NCBI GenBank assembly: GCA_018401875.1
Contig: JAGYJZ010000008.1
Location: 67,090 to 131,089, forward strand
Source of the DNA: Salibacteraceae bacterium
GTDB lineage: Bacteria; Bacteroidota; Bacteroidia; Flavobacteriales_G; Salibacteraceae
Direction of reading: 5' to 3'
DNA: 64,000 nucleotides
This document shows positions 50,885 to 61,321 of the stretch, one piece after another. Both the position numbers and the translations under genes were made by a program. The notes under the pieces were generated by a model. The model had not been told where the DNA came from, ran no database searches, and worked only from the letters and a program-made list of their open reading frames with translations. Positions within the stretch are counted from its first letter, which is position 1; every line of letters starts with the position of its first letter.

Positions 50885-51628
50885 CTAAAACATGAACCCA
50901 CCTTGGATGTAAGTACCAACGTTTAACACCTTTGAATTAGAAGTGACCTCACCAACACCGAAACCACTCGTTTCGCGCAGATTATATCGAAACATGGAAA
51001 AACCCATCTCTAAGGTAAGGGCCGCACCAAAGCCCGTATTAAAAAAAATACCCGCACCGAGAGATGATTGAAAAACAGGCGATACTTCTTCTACAAATGA
51101 AGGTCCGTTTTGCGCCAAGGGGTTAGCACCGGCTGACATGCCTGCCTGCGCATCAACATAACCACGGATGTTTTTATTGTGAGGTCGATAGTAGCGCACG
51201 TGGGCATTGTATTTAACCATGCCCAGTTCGAGAAAGTCTAACGACACCCCAAGGCCAGCAGACCAAACCTCATTTATCTTGAGCCACTCAGTAAAGGCCA
51301 TTGAAAAATTGAACGGTGTAAAGGTGTAAATGCCAAAAACCAGTTCCGTGGAAAACCGCTTATCGAATTCTTTAAATACAAATGTTTCGGGATTCGTTTT
51401 TAGCCTTAGCGCCTTTGGTTGAGCAAATACATACCTCACCTTCGACCGATCTAAACTAAAAATCTGTTCGTCATATTTGATCAGCACATGCGATGACCCA
51501 ACAGCGATTAACTCGCCTCGATATACTTCGCCCGAAGTCATATACACCGATGTTTCACCTTTTTGAGCAAAGCAATGCGAAAACACAAAAGCGTTGAACA
51601 CTGCGATAATGAAAAGCGATCGAACCAT
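50885..51628 (-). CDS. Hypothetical outer-membrane beta-barrel protein
   Basis: Signal peptide, beta-strand-rich sequence and a terminal ..IQGGFMF. No family recognised. Confidence 0.45.
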   Translation of the reverse strand: MVRSLFIIAVFNAFVFSHCFAQKGETSVYMTSGEVYRGELIAVGSSHVLIKYDEQIFSLDRSKVRYVFAQPKALRLKTNPETFVFKEFDKRFSTELVFGIYTFTPFNFSMAFTEWLKINEVWSAGLGVSLDFLELGMVKYNAHVRYYRPHNKNIRGYVDAQAGMSAGANPLAQNGPSFVEEVSPVFQSSLGAGIFFNTGFGAALTLEMGFSMFRYNLRETSGFGVGEVTSNSKVLNVGTYIQGGFMF

Positions 51629-51775
51629 CCGAAAAATTTTCTCTTTGAAAGACGAAATAAAGGTATTGCAGGAACGTTAAAATAAAAATTGAAAATTCAC
51701 TTTCCAATTTAACATCTTACTCGTCTGATATTTAAATAATTATTTCCACTTTTGATACCATTAAAACTTTAAACC

Positions 51776-53128
51776 ATGAAAACCACTTTGCGCCTTGCTG
51801 CTTTAATTCTATTTGCTGGTTTTATTTCCTCGTGCCAGAAGATCTCAAAAACCACAGAATTTACGGCTAACGTTCCTGTTTATATGTCGTACGAAGAGTT
51901 ACGATCTTCCATTAAAAACGACAACGCTAAACCACTGGAGAAGCCGGGAAAAATATTCCTTTATAATTCACTCATTCTAATCAACGATTTTGAATCTGGA
52001 ATCCATGTCTACGATAATGGAAACCCTAGTTCTCCTTCTCATATTGCTTTCATCAGCATTCCGGGTAACGTTGATATCGCTGTTAAAGACAATATTCTTT
52101 ATGCCGACAGTTATACGGACATAGTCGCGATTGACATCAGCAACCCAACCAACGTGCGCGAAGTAGGAAGAACGAAAGACGCACTTTCCTACACCATTCC
52201 TAGTGGCTTAGATTGGAATTATCCTGTGGCTCAGATTGACCAATCAAAGGGTGTTGTAATCGGCTATACCATCGGAGAGGTGGAAGAATCGTGTAAAAAT
52301 GATGACTGTAAAACATTCTACAGCATGAACCATGAATGGAACGGATCATGGGGAGGTCAAATGATGAGCGATGAAGGTTCACCTGTATCGTTCAGCGGCA
52401 CAACGAATAGCGTAAGAAGCTCAGCATCAAGCAACAACTCAGCCATTGCTGGCTCAATGGCTCGTTTCATGATGATCGAAAATTTCTTGTACGTGATCAC
52501 CGATCAAAACACAGTGGAAGTATTCGACATTAGAACCAATAACATGCAAGCAATCACATCGTTTCAGCCTTGGTCAGATGCCAGCGGCTGGGGAATGATC
52601 GAAACATTATACACCTTTAAAGAGCACTTATTTATTGGCTCGAATGCAGGTATGTTAGCCTACGATATTTCATCACCATCATCACCTGTGTATCTTTCTA
52701 GCTATTCGCACATGACTTCATGCGACCCTGTAGTAGCCAATGATGAGTACGCATTTATTACGCTTCGCGCCTCTGGAAACAATTGCAACTGGGGCAACAC
52801 TGATCAGCTTGATATTTTAGACATAACAGACATCATGAATCCTGAGCAAATTGTAACCTTCAACATGAGCAATCCGCACGGATTAGACATTGATTCGGAG
52901 AATAAAATCTTATTTGTGTGTGATGGATTTGACGGCCTCAAGGTGTATGACTTTAGCGACATCAATAACGTTGCATCGAACGGACTCGATCACATTACTG
53001 GAATTGAAACGTATGATGTAATCGTAAATAATGGAATTGCCCACGTAATTGGAACTGATGGATTGAAACAATTCACCTATGACGACAACGGTAAGTTGTT
53101 AGAAATCAGTACAATTTCACTGAATTAA
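51776..53128 (+). CDS. LVIVD-repeat-like beta-propeller lipoprotein
   Basis: Lipoprotein signal ..FISSC. It has repeated units such as ..G.HVYDNGNPSSP.., ..IVAIDISNPTNV.., ..LDILDITDIMNP.. and ..LKVYDFSDINNV.., resembling LVIVD repeats. Confidence 0.6.
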   Translation: MKTTLRLAALILFAGFISSCQKISKTTEFTANVPVYMSYEELRSSIKNDNAKPLEKPGKIFLYNSLILINDFESGIHVYDNGNPSSPSHIAFISIPGNVDIAVKDNILYADSYTDIVAIDISNPTNVREVGRTKDALSYTIPSGLDWNYPVAQIDQSKGVVIGYTIGEVEESCKNDDCKTFYSMNHEWNGSWGGQMMSDEGSPVSFSGTTNSVRSSASSNNSAIAGSMARFMMIENFLYVITDQNTVEVFDIRTNNMQAITSFQPWSDASGWGMIETLYTFKEHLFIGSNAGMLAYDISSPSSPVYLSSYSHMTSCDPVVANDEYAFITLRASGNNCNWGNTDQLDILDITDIMNPEQIVTFNMSNPHGLDIDSENKILFVCDGFDGLKVYDFSDINNVASNGLDHITGIETYDVIVNNGIAHVIGTDGLKQFTYDDNGKLLEISTISLN

Positions 53129-53180
53129 CGTTTGTTAGCAATGCAGATGTATTAAAAAGACAATTTAAACGTCCTATAGA

Positions 53181-53241
53181 TACATAGGTTAGTAGGTTTA
53201 GTTTAAAAGCCCTTTGCAATTACCCCGCAAAGGGCTTTTTT
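53181..53241 (+). ncRNA. Candidate small RNA or repeat unit 1: conserved 23-nt motif plus an intrinsic terminator
   Basis: The motif tacataggttagtaggtttagtt is followed by the hairpin gccctttgc/gcaaagggc and T6. Confidence 0.3.
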
Positions 53242-53325
53242 CTTGTGCTTGAATTAAACGGAAAACGCCCTAAAAAATTAACTTCCTTTCACATAACTAT
53301 GGCACGGATGTTGCCGTTATCCATG

Positions 53326-53392
53326 TACATAGGTTAGTAGGTTTAGTTAAAAGGCCCCGTACAAGATATCAAGAGTACGGGGTCTTTTTTTT
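53326..53392 (+). ncRNA. Candidate small RNA or repeat unit 2: the same 23-nt motif plus a different intrinsic terminator
   Basis: An identical 23-mer is followed by the hairpin ggccccgtac/gtacggggtc and T8. This hairpin may also act bidirectionally for the convergent E1-beta gene. Confidence 0.3.
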
Positions 53393-53401
53393 GTATTATG
53401 C

Positions 53402-54382
53402 TTAAACCAAGTAAAGTGATTCCTTCACTAATCGAACAACTCCACCAACAGTTGGAATCGCGATCTCAATCAAATTAGGAGTAAAAGGAAATGGAGTGTC
53501 TGTTTGCGTAGCGCGAAGAACAGGAGCATCGAGGTAATCGAATGCGTCTCTTTGAATGCGGTAAGCCACCTCACTTGAAACGCTGGCATAGGGCCAACTT
53601 TCGTCCACAACAACGCAACGATTGGTTTTCTTTACTGATTCGATCACCGTTTGAACGTCAAAAGGCCTGATCGTTCGCAAGTCGATCACTTCGCACTGAA
53701 TGCCGTCTTTTGCTAACTCGTCTGCTGCTTCTAATACCACCTTCATGATTTTTCCGAAAGAAACAATCGTCACAGCATCGCCTTTTCTCTTGATGTCAGC
53801 CTTACCAATCGGAATGAGGTATTCACCTTCTGGCACTTCGCCTTTATCACCGAACATTTTTTCTGACTCAAGAAAAACTACGGGGTCGTTATCGCGAATG
53901 GCCGACTTGAGCAATCCTTTCGCATCGTATGGATTTGAAGGAGTAATCACCTTCAATCCGGGTACGTGGGCATAAAAAGCCTCGAAGCTTTGCGAATGTG
54001 TGGCAGCTAACTGGCCAGCCTGTCCGTTTCCACCTCTAAACACGATAGGCACATTATATTGACCACCCGACATTTGAAGCATTTTAGCTGCACTGTTGAT
54101 GATCTGGTCAGCTGCTAAAATGGCAAAATTCCATGTCATAAATTCAATAATCGGACGTAAACCGTTCATTGCAGCACCTACACCAATCCCCGTAAAACCC
54201 AATTCAGCAATCGGAGTATCAATCACTCGCTCAGGTCCGAACTCATCGAGCATGCCTTGGCTCACTTTGTAGGCTCCGTTATATTCAGCCACCTCTTCTC
54301 CCATCAAAAAGACCGTCTTGTCTCTTCTCATCTCTTCATTCATGGCCTCCCGAAGTGCTTCTCTAAATTGTATCGTGCGCAT
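53402..54382 (-). CDS. pdhB: Pyruvate (2-oxoacid) dehydrogenase E1 component beta subunit
   Basis: The N-terminus is MRTIQFREALREAMNEEMRRDKTVFLMGEEVAEYNGAYKV. It is 326 aa, typical of E1-beta. Confidence 0.9.
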   Translation of the reverse strand: MRTIQFREALREAMNEEMRRDKTVFLMGEEVAEYNGAYKVSQGMLDEFGPERVIDTPIAELGFTGIGVGAAMNGLRPIIEFMTWNFAILAADQIINSAAKMLQMSGGQYNVPIVFRGGNGQAGQLAATHSQSFEAFYAHVPGLKVITPSNPYDAKGLLKSAIRDNDPVVFLESEKMFGDKGEVPEGEYLIPIGKADIKRKGDAVTIVSFGKIMKVVLEAADELAKDGIQCEVIDLRTIRPFDVQTVIESVKKTNRCVVVDESWPYASVSSEVAYRIQRDAFDYLDAPVLRATQTDTPFPFTPNLIEIAIPTVGGVVRLVKESLYLV

Positions 54383-54490
54383 ATTTTCTTTTTCTAAGTC
54401 GGCAAAAATAAGCCCTGAAGTTTATTCTCCACACTTATTGTTTTATTCGTCTTACAGTTTAAAGAAAAAAAGAGATTTTTGAGTGTAATT

Positions 54491-55183
54491 ATGAAACGCG
54501 TTTACCGATCAATTTACCGCTTACTGTTTGTCTTGGCGCTGGCTTGTCAGGGCTGCCACCCAATTTACAGGGCCAGTTTACCGAATCAGCCGATCATGGA
54601 AAAACGTGGCGATATAGAATTGAGCAGTGGTATTGAAACGGGCAGTGCATTTGTAGAAGGCTCCTATGCTTTTACTGATTTTGCCTACGTAACGGTGGGT
54701 GGTTTTAGCTGGAGCTCCATGAATAGCAGTGCATCTTTCGCGGAAGGCGGACTCGGATTTTACCAAACAAAAGAAAAAACGGGTTTTAGCTTTTCCATCT
54801 TGGGAGGATACGGAGAGTCAGCCGTATTTGATGGCCAATGGCGTGTCACTCAGCCAATATTTCAAGACGGAGGGTTTATCTCAACCCGCTACTCAAGGCT
54901 AAGCATTCAACCAGCCTACTATGTTCATCGCGAATATTTTGACTTTGCCATGATTTTTAGAAACAGCCTTGTAAACTGGATTTCAACTGACTTTCCAGGT
55001 TTAGAATCTCCTGGTTTTGACATTTACCTCGAGCCCACGCTATCGTTTCGAGCGGGACCTCCGAATACAAAGTTTTTTTTTGACACCGGGCTGCAAGTTC
55101 CTGCATTCAGAAGCTTCAATCATTTCAACAACCCGTTGCACGTAGGTGTGGGAGTTGACGTAATTATTCAAACAAGAAAATAA
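54491..55183 (+). CDS. Hypothetical lipoprotein / outer-membrane protein
   Basis: Reads MKRVYRSIYRLLFVLALACQGC.... I used the ATG inside the track's TTG-started ORF. Confidence 0.45.
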   Translation: MKRVYRSIYRLLFVLALACQGCHPIYRASLPNQPIMEKRGDIELSSGIETGSAFVEGSYAFTDFAYVTVGGFSWSSMNSSASFAEGGLGFYQTKEKTGFSFSILGGYGESAVFDGQWRVTQPIFQDGGFISTRYSRLSIQPAYYVHREYFDFAMIFRNSLVNWISTDFPGLESPGFDIYLEPTLSFRAGPPNTKFFFDTGLQVPAFRSFNHFNNPLHVGVGVDVIIQTRK

Positions 55184-55278
55184 ATATCTGCAGAGAGAGA
55201 ATGAACATAAAGCGGCATTCTTTTTTATATTCTAAAGCCTACTTTTGCGGCTCACAGATCAACAGAAAATAGATTGTT

Positions 55279-56019
55279 ATGAATATATTGGTTTGCATCA
55301 GCAAAGCTCCAGACACCACTAGCAAGATTACCTTTAAAGACAACGACACTAAATTCAATGAAGACGGTGTTCAGTTTATTGTTAACCCTTATGACGAATG
55401 GTATGCATTGGTTAGGGCGCTTGAACTAAAGGAAGCACAAGGCGGAAATGTTACGATTATAAGTGTGGGCGGAGCTGATTATGAGCCGATCATGCGTAAA
55501 GCATTAGCCATCGGAGCAGACGAAGCAGTGCGCGTAGATTCACCCGCTATAGATGCCTACCAAGTAGCAGCCGAAATCGCCAACTACGCAACGAGCAATG
55601 CCTTCGACCTGGTGCTCACAGGAAAAGAAACGATCAACTACAATGGATCACAAGTGGGAGGCATGATTGCCGCGATCATGGATGTGCCATACACATCAAA
55701 TGCTACAAAACTCGAGGTAAGCGGAAATGCCGCAACAATTGAGCGAGATAAGCAAGGCGGAGTTGAAGTGCTTGAAGTGAATCTCCCTGCGGTGATTTCA
55801 GCTGCCAAAGGCATGGCAGAGCAGCGCATTCCAAACATGAGAGGAATCATGGCAGCCCGTTCGAAACCGCTGAGCGTGATTTCAGCAACAGTTACTGATT
55901 CACTGACAGAAACCATTCGTTTCAGCCTACCGCCAGCCAAGGGCGATGTAACACTCATTGACCCTGAAAACATTACAGAATTGATCAACCTGCTTCATAG
56001 CGAAGCCAAAGTTATTTAA
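55279..56019 (+). CDS. etfB: Electron transfer flavoprotein beta subunit
   Basis: The N-terminus is MNILVCISKAPDTTSKITF...VNPYDEWYALVRALELKE. It is 246 aa and is followed by etfA. Confidence 0.9.
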   Translation: MNILVCISKAPDTTSKITFKDNDTKFNEDGVQFIVNPYDEWYALVRALELKEAQGGNVTIISVGGADYEPIMRKALAIGADEAVRVDSPAIDAYQVAAEIANYATSNAFDLVLTGKETINYNGSQVGGMIAAIMDVPYTSNATKLEVSGNAATIERDKQGGVEVLEVNLPAVISAAKGMAEQRIPNMRGIMAARSKPLSVISATVTDSLTETIRFSLPPAKGDVTLIDPENITELINLLHSEAKVI

Positions 56020-56021
56020 GA

Positions 56022-57002
56022 ATGAACGTATTAGTATTTGCAGAGAGTGATAATGGAAAAGTTGCCAAAGCTGCGTTTGAAGCGGCAACTTACGGAGCCA
56101 AAGTTGCATCAACAACGGGCGGAACAGCCGCTGTTGTTACATATGGAAATTTAGATCAAGCGGGCTTAAATGAGCTTGCCTCTTACGGGATAAGCAAAAT
56201 TCTGCATTGTGCAGCAATTACCGATCTTGATCCAAGTCAGTTGACAAAGCTCACCATCGCAGCCGCTGAAGAAACAAGTGCAGAATTGATCGTCTTCTCA
56301 CATGATTATACGGGTAAAAGCATCGCCCCACTTGTATCGGCAAAAATGAAGGCGGGCATGGTAGCTGGTGCCATTGATTACCCAGAGACTGGTGGCGACT
56401 TTATCGTGAAAACGAACGTGTTTTCAGGAAAGGCATTCGCTCAAGTAAAAATCAAGACAGACAAAAAAATCATTACGCTAATTCCAAATGCGATTCCAAA
56501 TGCGATTTCAAAAGTGAAAGCAGAAGGTGCAGCGGATGTTAGTGCTTTCTCACCAGAACTTGGCGCCCAAAGTGTGAAGGTGAAAGACTTTAAATCGGAA
56601 GGTGGAGAGGGAATCAACTTAACGGAAGCAGAACTCGTTGTTTCTGCAGGCCGCGGATTAAAAGGTCCTGAAAACTGGACGATGATCGAAGAATTGGCGA
56701 AAGAACTAGGTGCTGCCACCGCTTGTTCGCGGCCCGTTTCGGATATCGGATGGAGGCCTCACCACGAGCATGTTGGCCAAACAGGAATAGCTATACGGCC
56801 GAATTTATACATCGCCATTGGCATTTCTGGAGCCATTCAGCACTTGGCTGGAGTGAACGGAAGCAAGGTAATTGTGGTCATCAACACCGACAAAGAAGCG
56901 CCATTTTTCAAAGCTGCTGATTATGGTGTTGTTGGAGACGCATTTGTTGTCGTTCCGAAAATGATCGAAGCCGTAAAGGCGTTTAAAGCAGGACAAGCCT
57001 AA
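56022..57002 (+). CDS. etfA: Electron transfer flavoprotein alpha subunit
   Basis: The C-terminal FAD-binding signature is ..VSAGRGLK...QVGQTG..I.P.LYIAIGISGAIQHLAG. Confidence 0.9.
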   Translation: MNVLVFAESDNGKVAKAAFEAATYGAKVASTTGGTAAVVTYGNLDQAGLNELASYGISKILHCAAITDLDPSQLTKLTIAAAEETSAELIVFSHDYTGKSIAPLVSAKMKAGMVAGAIDYPETGGDFIVKTNVFSGKAFAQVKIKTDKKIITLIPNAIPNAISKVKAEGAADVSAFSPELGAQSVKVKDFKSEGGEGINLTEAELVVSAGRGLKGPENWTMIEELAKELGAATACSRPVSDIGWRPHHEHVGQTGIAIRPNLYIAIGISGAIQHLAGVNGSKVIVVINTDKEAPFFKAADYGVVGDAFVVVPKMIEAVKAFKAGQA

Positions 57003-57018
57003 GCCCAAAATCTGGCTG

Positions 57019-57615
57019 ATGGAGAAGTCTAAAATCAAATTAGAAATACTCGGCTTATCGTATAGCCAAACTCAAACGGGTGCGTATGCGCTGGTGTTGG
57101 GCGAGTCTGTTGGCAAACGAAGGCTGCCCATCATTATTGGAAATTTCGAAGCGCAAGCGATCGCCATTGAACTCGAGCATATGAAACCGAGCAGGCCGCT
57201 TACGCATGATATTTTTAAAACGTTTGCTGACACCTTCGAAATTCAAGTCAGTGAAGTCATTGTGTACAACCTGTTAGAGGGAATTTTCTTTGCGAAATTG
57301 ATTTGTCAAAAAGCAGGTGAAGAACCCATCGAAATTGACACGCGCACGAGCGATGCCATCGCGCTAGCGGTGCGCTTTAAATGCCCGATTTACACCTATG
57401 AGTTTATACTTGCCTCAGCGGGCATCATCCTCGATGACGATGAAATAGAAAGCTTAGGAGATGAAGCTTCAAAAATTGATGATTTTTCAGAAAGCAATTC
57501 GGCATATAGCAACATGAGCATGGAAGAGTTAGAAACAGAGCTCAATCAAGCCATTGCCAGTGAAGATTACGAAAAAGCTTCAGAGCTGCACGATGAAATC
57601 AAAAGAAGAAAGTAG
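57019..57615 (+). CDS. Bifunctional nuclease (DUF151) family protein with a C-terminal UVR motif
   Basis: The DUF151 core is ILGLSYSQTQTGAYALVLGE..RRLPIIIGNFEAQAIAIELE. The C-terminal EDYEKASELHDEIKRR is UvrB/C-like. Confidence 0.75.
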   Translation: MEKSKIKLEILGLSYSQTQTGAYALVLGESVGKRRLPIIIGNFEAQAIAIELEHMKPSRPLTHDIFKTFADTFEIQVSEVIVYNLLEGIFFAKLICQKAGEEPIEIDTRTSDAIALAVRFKCPIYTYEFILASAGIILDDDEIESLGDEASKIDDFSESNSAYSNMSMEELETELNQAIASEDYEKASELHDEIKRRK

Positions 57616-57647
57616 ATTTTATATCTTGCCATCTTTAAACTCAACCA

Positions 57648-58937
57648 TTGATACTATCCATTCTTAAAGGTTTCTTGGGTCTAGGCGTGCTGGTAGGAAT
57701 CGGATGGCTATCGAGTAAGAATAGGCGCTCCATTGATTGGTCGCTGATCTTAAAGGGTATCGCGCTGCAACTTGTATTCGCAATTCTCGTGTTGAAAGTA
57801 GACTTCGTGGCTTCGGGTTTTGAATGGATGAGTAGAGCTTTTGTAAAGGTGATCTCATTTACACAGTTTGGAAGTGAATTCTTATTCAAATCATTCGTAT
57901 CCAACAAAATGGAAAACGCGGTGATCAGCTTTGCGTTCAATGTGCTTCCTACCATTGTTTTCTTTTCTGCACTCAGCAGCATTCTTTATTATTTGGGCAT
58001 TTTACAGCGCTTTGTATTTGCGTTTGCTTGGGTGATGAAGCGGCTGATGAACCTCAGTGGCGCTGAAAGTTTAGCTGCAGCGGGAAATATTTTTATGGGA
58101 CAAACCGAAGCACCGCTGCTCGTGCGACCCTACCTCGATAAAATGACGGAGTCAGAGATCATGTGTTTGATGTCTGGCGGTATGGCCACCATTGCTGGAG
58201 GAGTTTTGGCGGCTTACATCAATTTTTTAGGCGGTGATGACCCTGTGCAGCAAGTGCTGTTTGCCAAACACCTGCTCACTGCTTCTGTGATGTCTGCTCC
58301 GGCAGCAGTGGTTGCGGCAAAACTACTCGTGCCAGAAACGGAAAGTTTCGATCGCTCGATGGCGGTATCAAGCGAAAATAAAAGCTCCAATTTTTTAGAG
58401 GCCATTTCAAATGGAACAACAGACGGGTTAAAATTGGCCATCAATGTTGGTGCGATGCTGCTTGTTTTCACGGCATTGATCTACCTCGGAAACTATATTT
58501 TAGAAGATGGTATTGGGCACCTCACTGGCCTCAACGCCTTGATTTCAGAACATACAAACTACAGCGGATTGTCGTTTCAATTCATCATCGGTTATGCCTT
58601 TGCTCCGATTGCTTTTTTAATGGGGATCGATGCAGACGACATCGTATTGGTCGGTCAATTGCTGGGCGAAAAAACTATTTTAAATGAATTTTACGCCTAT
58701 GTCACCCTGGGTGACATGAAAGCCGAAGGCTTGTTTAAACACGAAAAATCCATCATCATGTCGACCTACATCTTGTGTGGTTTCGCCAATTTCGCTTCCA
58801 TCGGAATACAAATTGGCGGAATCGGAGCGCTGGCACCTACACGAAAAGGATTACTGAGTAAATTAGGACTGTATGCACTGTTGGGCGGAACAATAGCCTG
58901 CCTCTTCACAGCATCCATCGTTGGGATGTTCTATTAA
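57648..58937 (+). CDS. NupC/NupG family concentrative nucleoside transporter
   Basis: 429 aa and polytopic, with ..GNIFMGQTEAPLLVRPY.. and ..LCGFANFASIGIQIGG.. motifs. The start is uncertain: TTG at 57648, with no in-frame ATG nearby. Confidence 0.8.
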   Translation: MILSILKGFLGLGVLVGIGWLSSKNRRSIDWSLILKGIALQLVFAILVLKVDFVASGFEWMSRAFVKVISFTQFGSEFLFKSFVSNKMENAVISFAFNVLPTIVFFSALSSILYYLGILQRFVFAFAWVMKRLMNLSGAESLAAAGNIFMGQTEAPLLVRPYLDKMTESEIMCLMSGGMATIAGGVLAAYINFLGGDDPVQQVLFAKHLLTASVMSAPAAVVAAKLLVPETESFDRSMAVSSENKSSNFLEAISNGTTDGLKLAINVGAMLLVFTALIYLGNYILEDGIGHLTGLNALISEHTNYSGLSFQFIIGYAFAPIAFLMGIDADDIVLVGQLLGEKTILNEFYAYVTLGDMKAEGLFKHEKSIIMSTYILCGFANFASIGIQIGGIGALAPTRKGLLSKLGLYALLGGTIACLFTASIVGMFY

Positions 58938-59005
58938 AAACTTCTTGAAAGGTTTTGGTTGCAGCTATTGCCATAATCGAATGAAGATTGGATTTTTGAA
59001 CCGAA

Positions 59006-59911
59006 ATGAAACAATACCACGATCTTTTAAAACACGTCCTTGAAAACGGCTCTGACAAAGCAGACCGAACCGGGGTTGGAACGCGCAGTGTATTTGGCTA
59101 CCAAATGCGCTTCAACTTAGAAGAGGGATTTCCGCTGGTGACTACAAAAAAAGTACACACGAAGTCTATCATTCATGAGCTGTTGTGGTTTATGAGAGGC
59201 GATACCAATTTGCAATACTTGGCGCAAAATGGAGTAAACATTTGGAACGACTGGCCCTACCAAAATTGGCTCAACCAGACCAACAGAGCTGTCAATTTTC
59301 CAAAATACTCAGACGCTTGGAAAAATGAAATGAAGGTGTTCGTAGAAAAGATAAAAACAGACAATCAATTTGCGAAGCAGTGGGGCGAACTTGGACCGGT
59401 ATATGGCAAGCAATGGCGTAATTTTAACGGATTCGATCAATTGTCGTGGTTGATTGACGAAATAAAACGCAATCCAAATTCGAGAAGGTTGATTATTTCG
59501 GCATGGAATGCTTCGGAGATTGAAGAAATGGCCAAAGCTGGACTTCCACCGTGTCATACACTCTATCAATTTTATGTCATCGATGGTAAACTGTCGTGTC
59601 AATTATACCAGCGCAGTGCCGATGTGTTTTTGGGTGTACCGTTCAACATCGCCTCCTATGCCCTTCTCACTATGATGGTTGCGCAAGTGTGCAATCTAGG
59701 TTTGGGAGATTTCGTGCACACGTTTGGTGATGCGCATTTATATTCAAACCATTTTGATCAAGCCCATGAGCAGTTGAGCAGGCCAACCCTACCATTACCT
59801 CAGATGAAGATCAATCCCGAAGTTAAAAACATCTTTGATTTTAGTTTTAAAGACTTCGAATTGGTGAATTACAACCCACACCCCGCCATTAAAGCATCTG
59901 TTGCCGTATGA
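59006..59911 (+). CDS. thyA: Thymidylate synthase (ThyA)
   Basis: [23 protein letters not shown] and [22 protein letters not shown] are present. It carries a ~37-aa small-domain insert relative to E. coli ThyA. Confidence 0.95.
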   Translation: MKQYHDLLKHVLENGSDKADRTGVGTRSVFGYQMRFNLEEGFPLVTTKKVHTKSIIHELLWFMRGDTNLQYLAQNGVNIWNDWPYQNWLNQTNRAVNFPKYSDAWKNEMKVFVEKIKTDNQFAKQWGELGPVYGKQWRNFNGFDQLSWLIDEIKRNPNSRRLIISAWNASEIEEMAKAGLPPCHTLYQFYVIDGKLSCQLYQRSADVFLGVPFNIASYALLTMMVAQVCNLGLGDFVHTFGDAHLYSNHFDQAHEQLSRPTLPLPQMKINPEVKNIFDFSFKDFELVNYNPHPAIKASVAV

Positions 59912-60408
59912 TCATTTCACTTATTGCTGCCGTTGGAAAAAACCGTGTGATCGGAGCGAATGGTGATTTGCCTTGGCAGCTTCCAGACGATATGAAATTC
60001 TTTTCAAAAACTACACGTGGCCACCATGTGTTAATGGGTCGAAAAAACTTTGAATCGATTCCAGAAAAATACCGCCCACTGCCGCACAGGCCAAACATTG
60101 TGGTAACTAGAAATAAAGCGTTTGAAGCACCAAACATCATAGTAGAATCTTCCATTCAGCGCGGAATTGAAAAGGCACGTGAAGCAGGAGAAACGGAGCT
60201 TTTTATTATCGGAGGAGGAGAAATATACAATCAAACCATCGCATTGGCCGATCGGTTATACATAACCCATGTGAATGCCAATCCCGATGGAGAAACCCTC
60301 TTCCCCGAGTTTGACGATACGAAATGGAGAAAAACAGAGCTATTGAACCATCCAAAAGATGATGTTCACAACTTGTCGTTCAGCATCTGCGTCTACGATA
60401 AAATATGA
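59908..60408 (+). CDS. folA: Dihydrofolate reductase
   Basis: The N-terminus is [32 protein letters not shown]. It has a 4-nt overlap with thyA. Confidence 0.9.
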   Translation: MIISLIAAVGKNRVIGANGDLPWQLPDDMKFFSKTTRGHHVLMGRKNFESIPEKYRPLPHRPNIVVTRNKAFEAPNIIVESSIQRGIEKAREAGETELFIIGGGEIYNQTIALADRLYITHVNANPDGETLFPEFDDTKWRKTELLNHPKDDVHNLSFSICVYDKI

Positions 60409-60454
60409 TTCAATTTGATGAATCGTTAAATTTGTCTTCAACTTGCTGCCGAAA

Positions 60455-61321
60455 ATGACCAAAAGACGCTTTACTCTTTTTTCTAGTTTACTCTGTATCA
60501 TCAGTGTTTTAGCTGTTTTTTCAGGCTGCAACAAGTCTGATAGAGACGAGGATGTGGAAACAATCTCTGCGCGGGATTACGCTTTGGCCCATCATATTTT
60601 TGACGATGCTTTTAGGCAAGTTCATCGTTTTGCTATGGGCGACACACTGCTCAATGACACGAGTGTAAAGCAAACGTTGGATGTTTGTTTAGATCGCAGA
60701 ACCACATCTTTAAGTGATACGGTGGCTGTGTTTCCGCTGTTACTTAATTTAAACTATGCCGATAAGGGCACACCGTGTTATGACAATGGAACGAGGTATG
60801 GTAAAATACTCGCTTCGTTCAGCGGAAAGTATTTGAATAAAGGCACGGTCATTTCCTTTTCGTTTGAAGGCTATCGGAAGGACATCTACGATGTGAATGG
60901 GAAGCTTTTCGTTGAAAATGAAGGTGTAAACACCCAAGGTAGACGCTACTACACAGTTACTATTAAAGAAGGCCTAATCACTGGCCCTAACTTCAACATC
61001 AATTTAGATGGTGTCTTTGTGTATGAATGGGTAAGTGGGTCGAGCACTGATACTGAATTTGAAGATGATGTGTTTGAAATAACGAGCGGCAGTGTAACAG
61101 GTCGAAATTCGCGCGGAAGCAGTTTCACCAATGAGATAACTGCTGCCTACACGAGCGCCTTTACCTGCCCCCACTTCGTGACAGGTCGATCTGCCATGGA
61201 AGTTCAGAACTTAATCCCAAGGTCTCTGAATTATGGCAATATCACCACATGTGATAACATACTGATTTCAAGAAGGAATAACACGTACTTGGAGGTGGAA
61301 ATTCCGATTATGCAGCCCTGA
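60455..61321 (+). CDS. Lipoprotein of unknown function; intact paralog of the interrupted gene at 37616-38461
   Basis: Signal MTKRRFTLFSSLLCIISVLAVFSGC. It is colinear with the 37616-38461 product. I used the ATG at 60455 rather than the TTG at 60443. Confidence 0.55.
   Translation: MTKRRFTLFSSLLCIISVLAVFSGCNKSDRDEDVETISARDYALAHHIFDDAFRQVHRFAMGDTLLNDTSVKQTLDVCLDRRTTSLSDTVAVFPLLLNLNYADKGTPCYDNGTRYGKILASFSGKYLNKGTVISFSFEGYRKDIYDVNGKLFVENEGVNTQGRRYYTVTIKEGLITGPNFNINLDGVFVYEWVSGSSTDTEFEDDVFEITSGSVTGRNSRGSSFTNEITAAYTSAFTCPHFVTGRSAMEVQNLIPRSLNYGNITTCDNILISRRNNTYLEVEIPIMQP

Noticed and set aside
53181-53392. Possible mini-CRISPR array, or a leader-plus-repeat.
   Set aside because: There are only two copies of a 23-nt non-palindromic motif, 145 nt apart, and each is followed by a terminator hairpin. 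There are no cas genes and no regular repeat-spacer periodicity.
59240-59390. The ~37-aa insertion in ThyA (..[56 protein letters not shown]..) as something unusual.
   Set aside because: The insert lies in the ThyA small domain, where length variation is well known (for example, the larger insert in Lactobacillus casei TS). All catalytic motifs are intact, so this is ordinary family variation.
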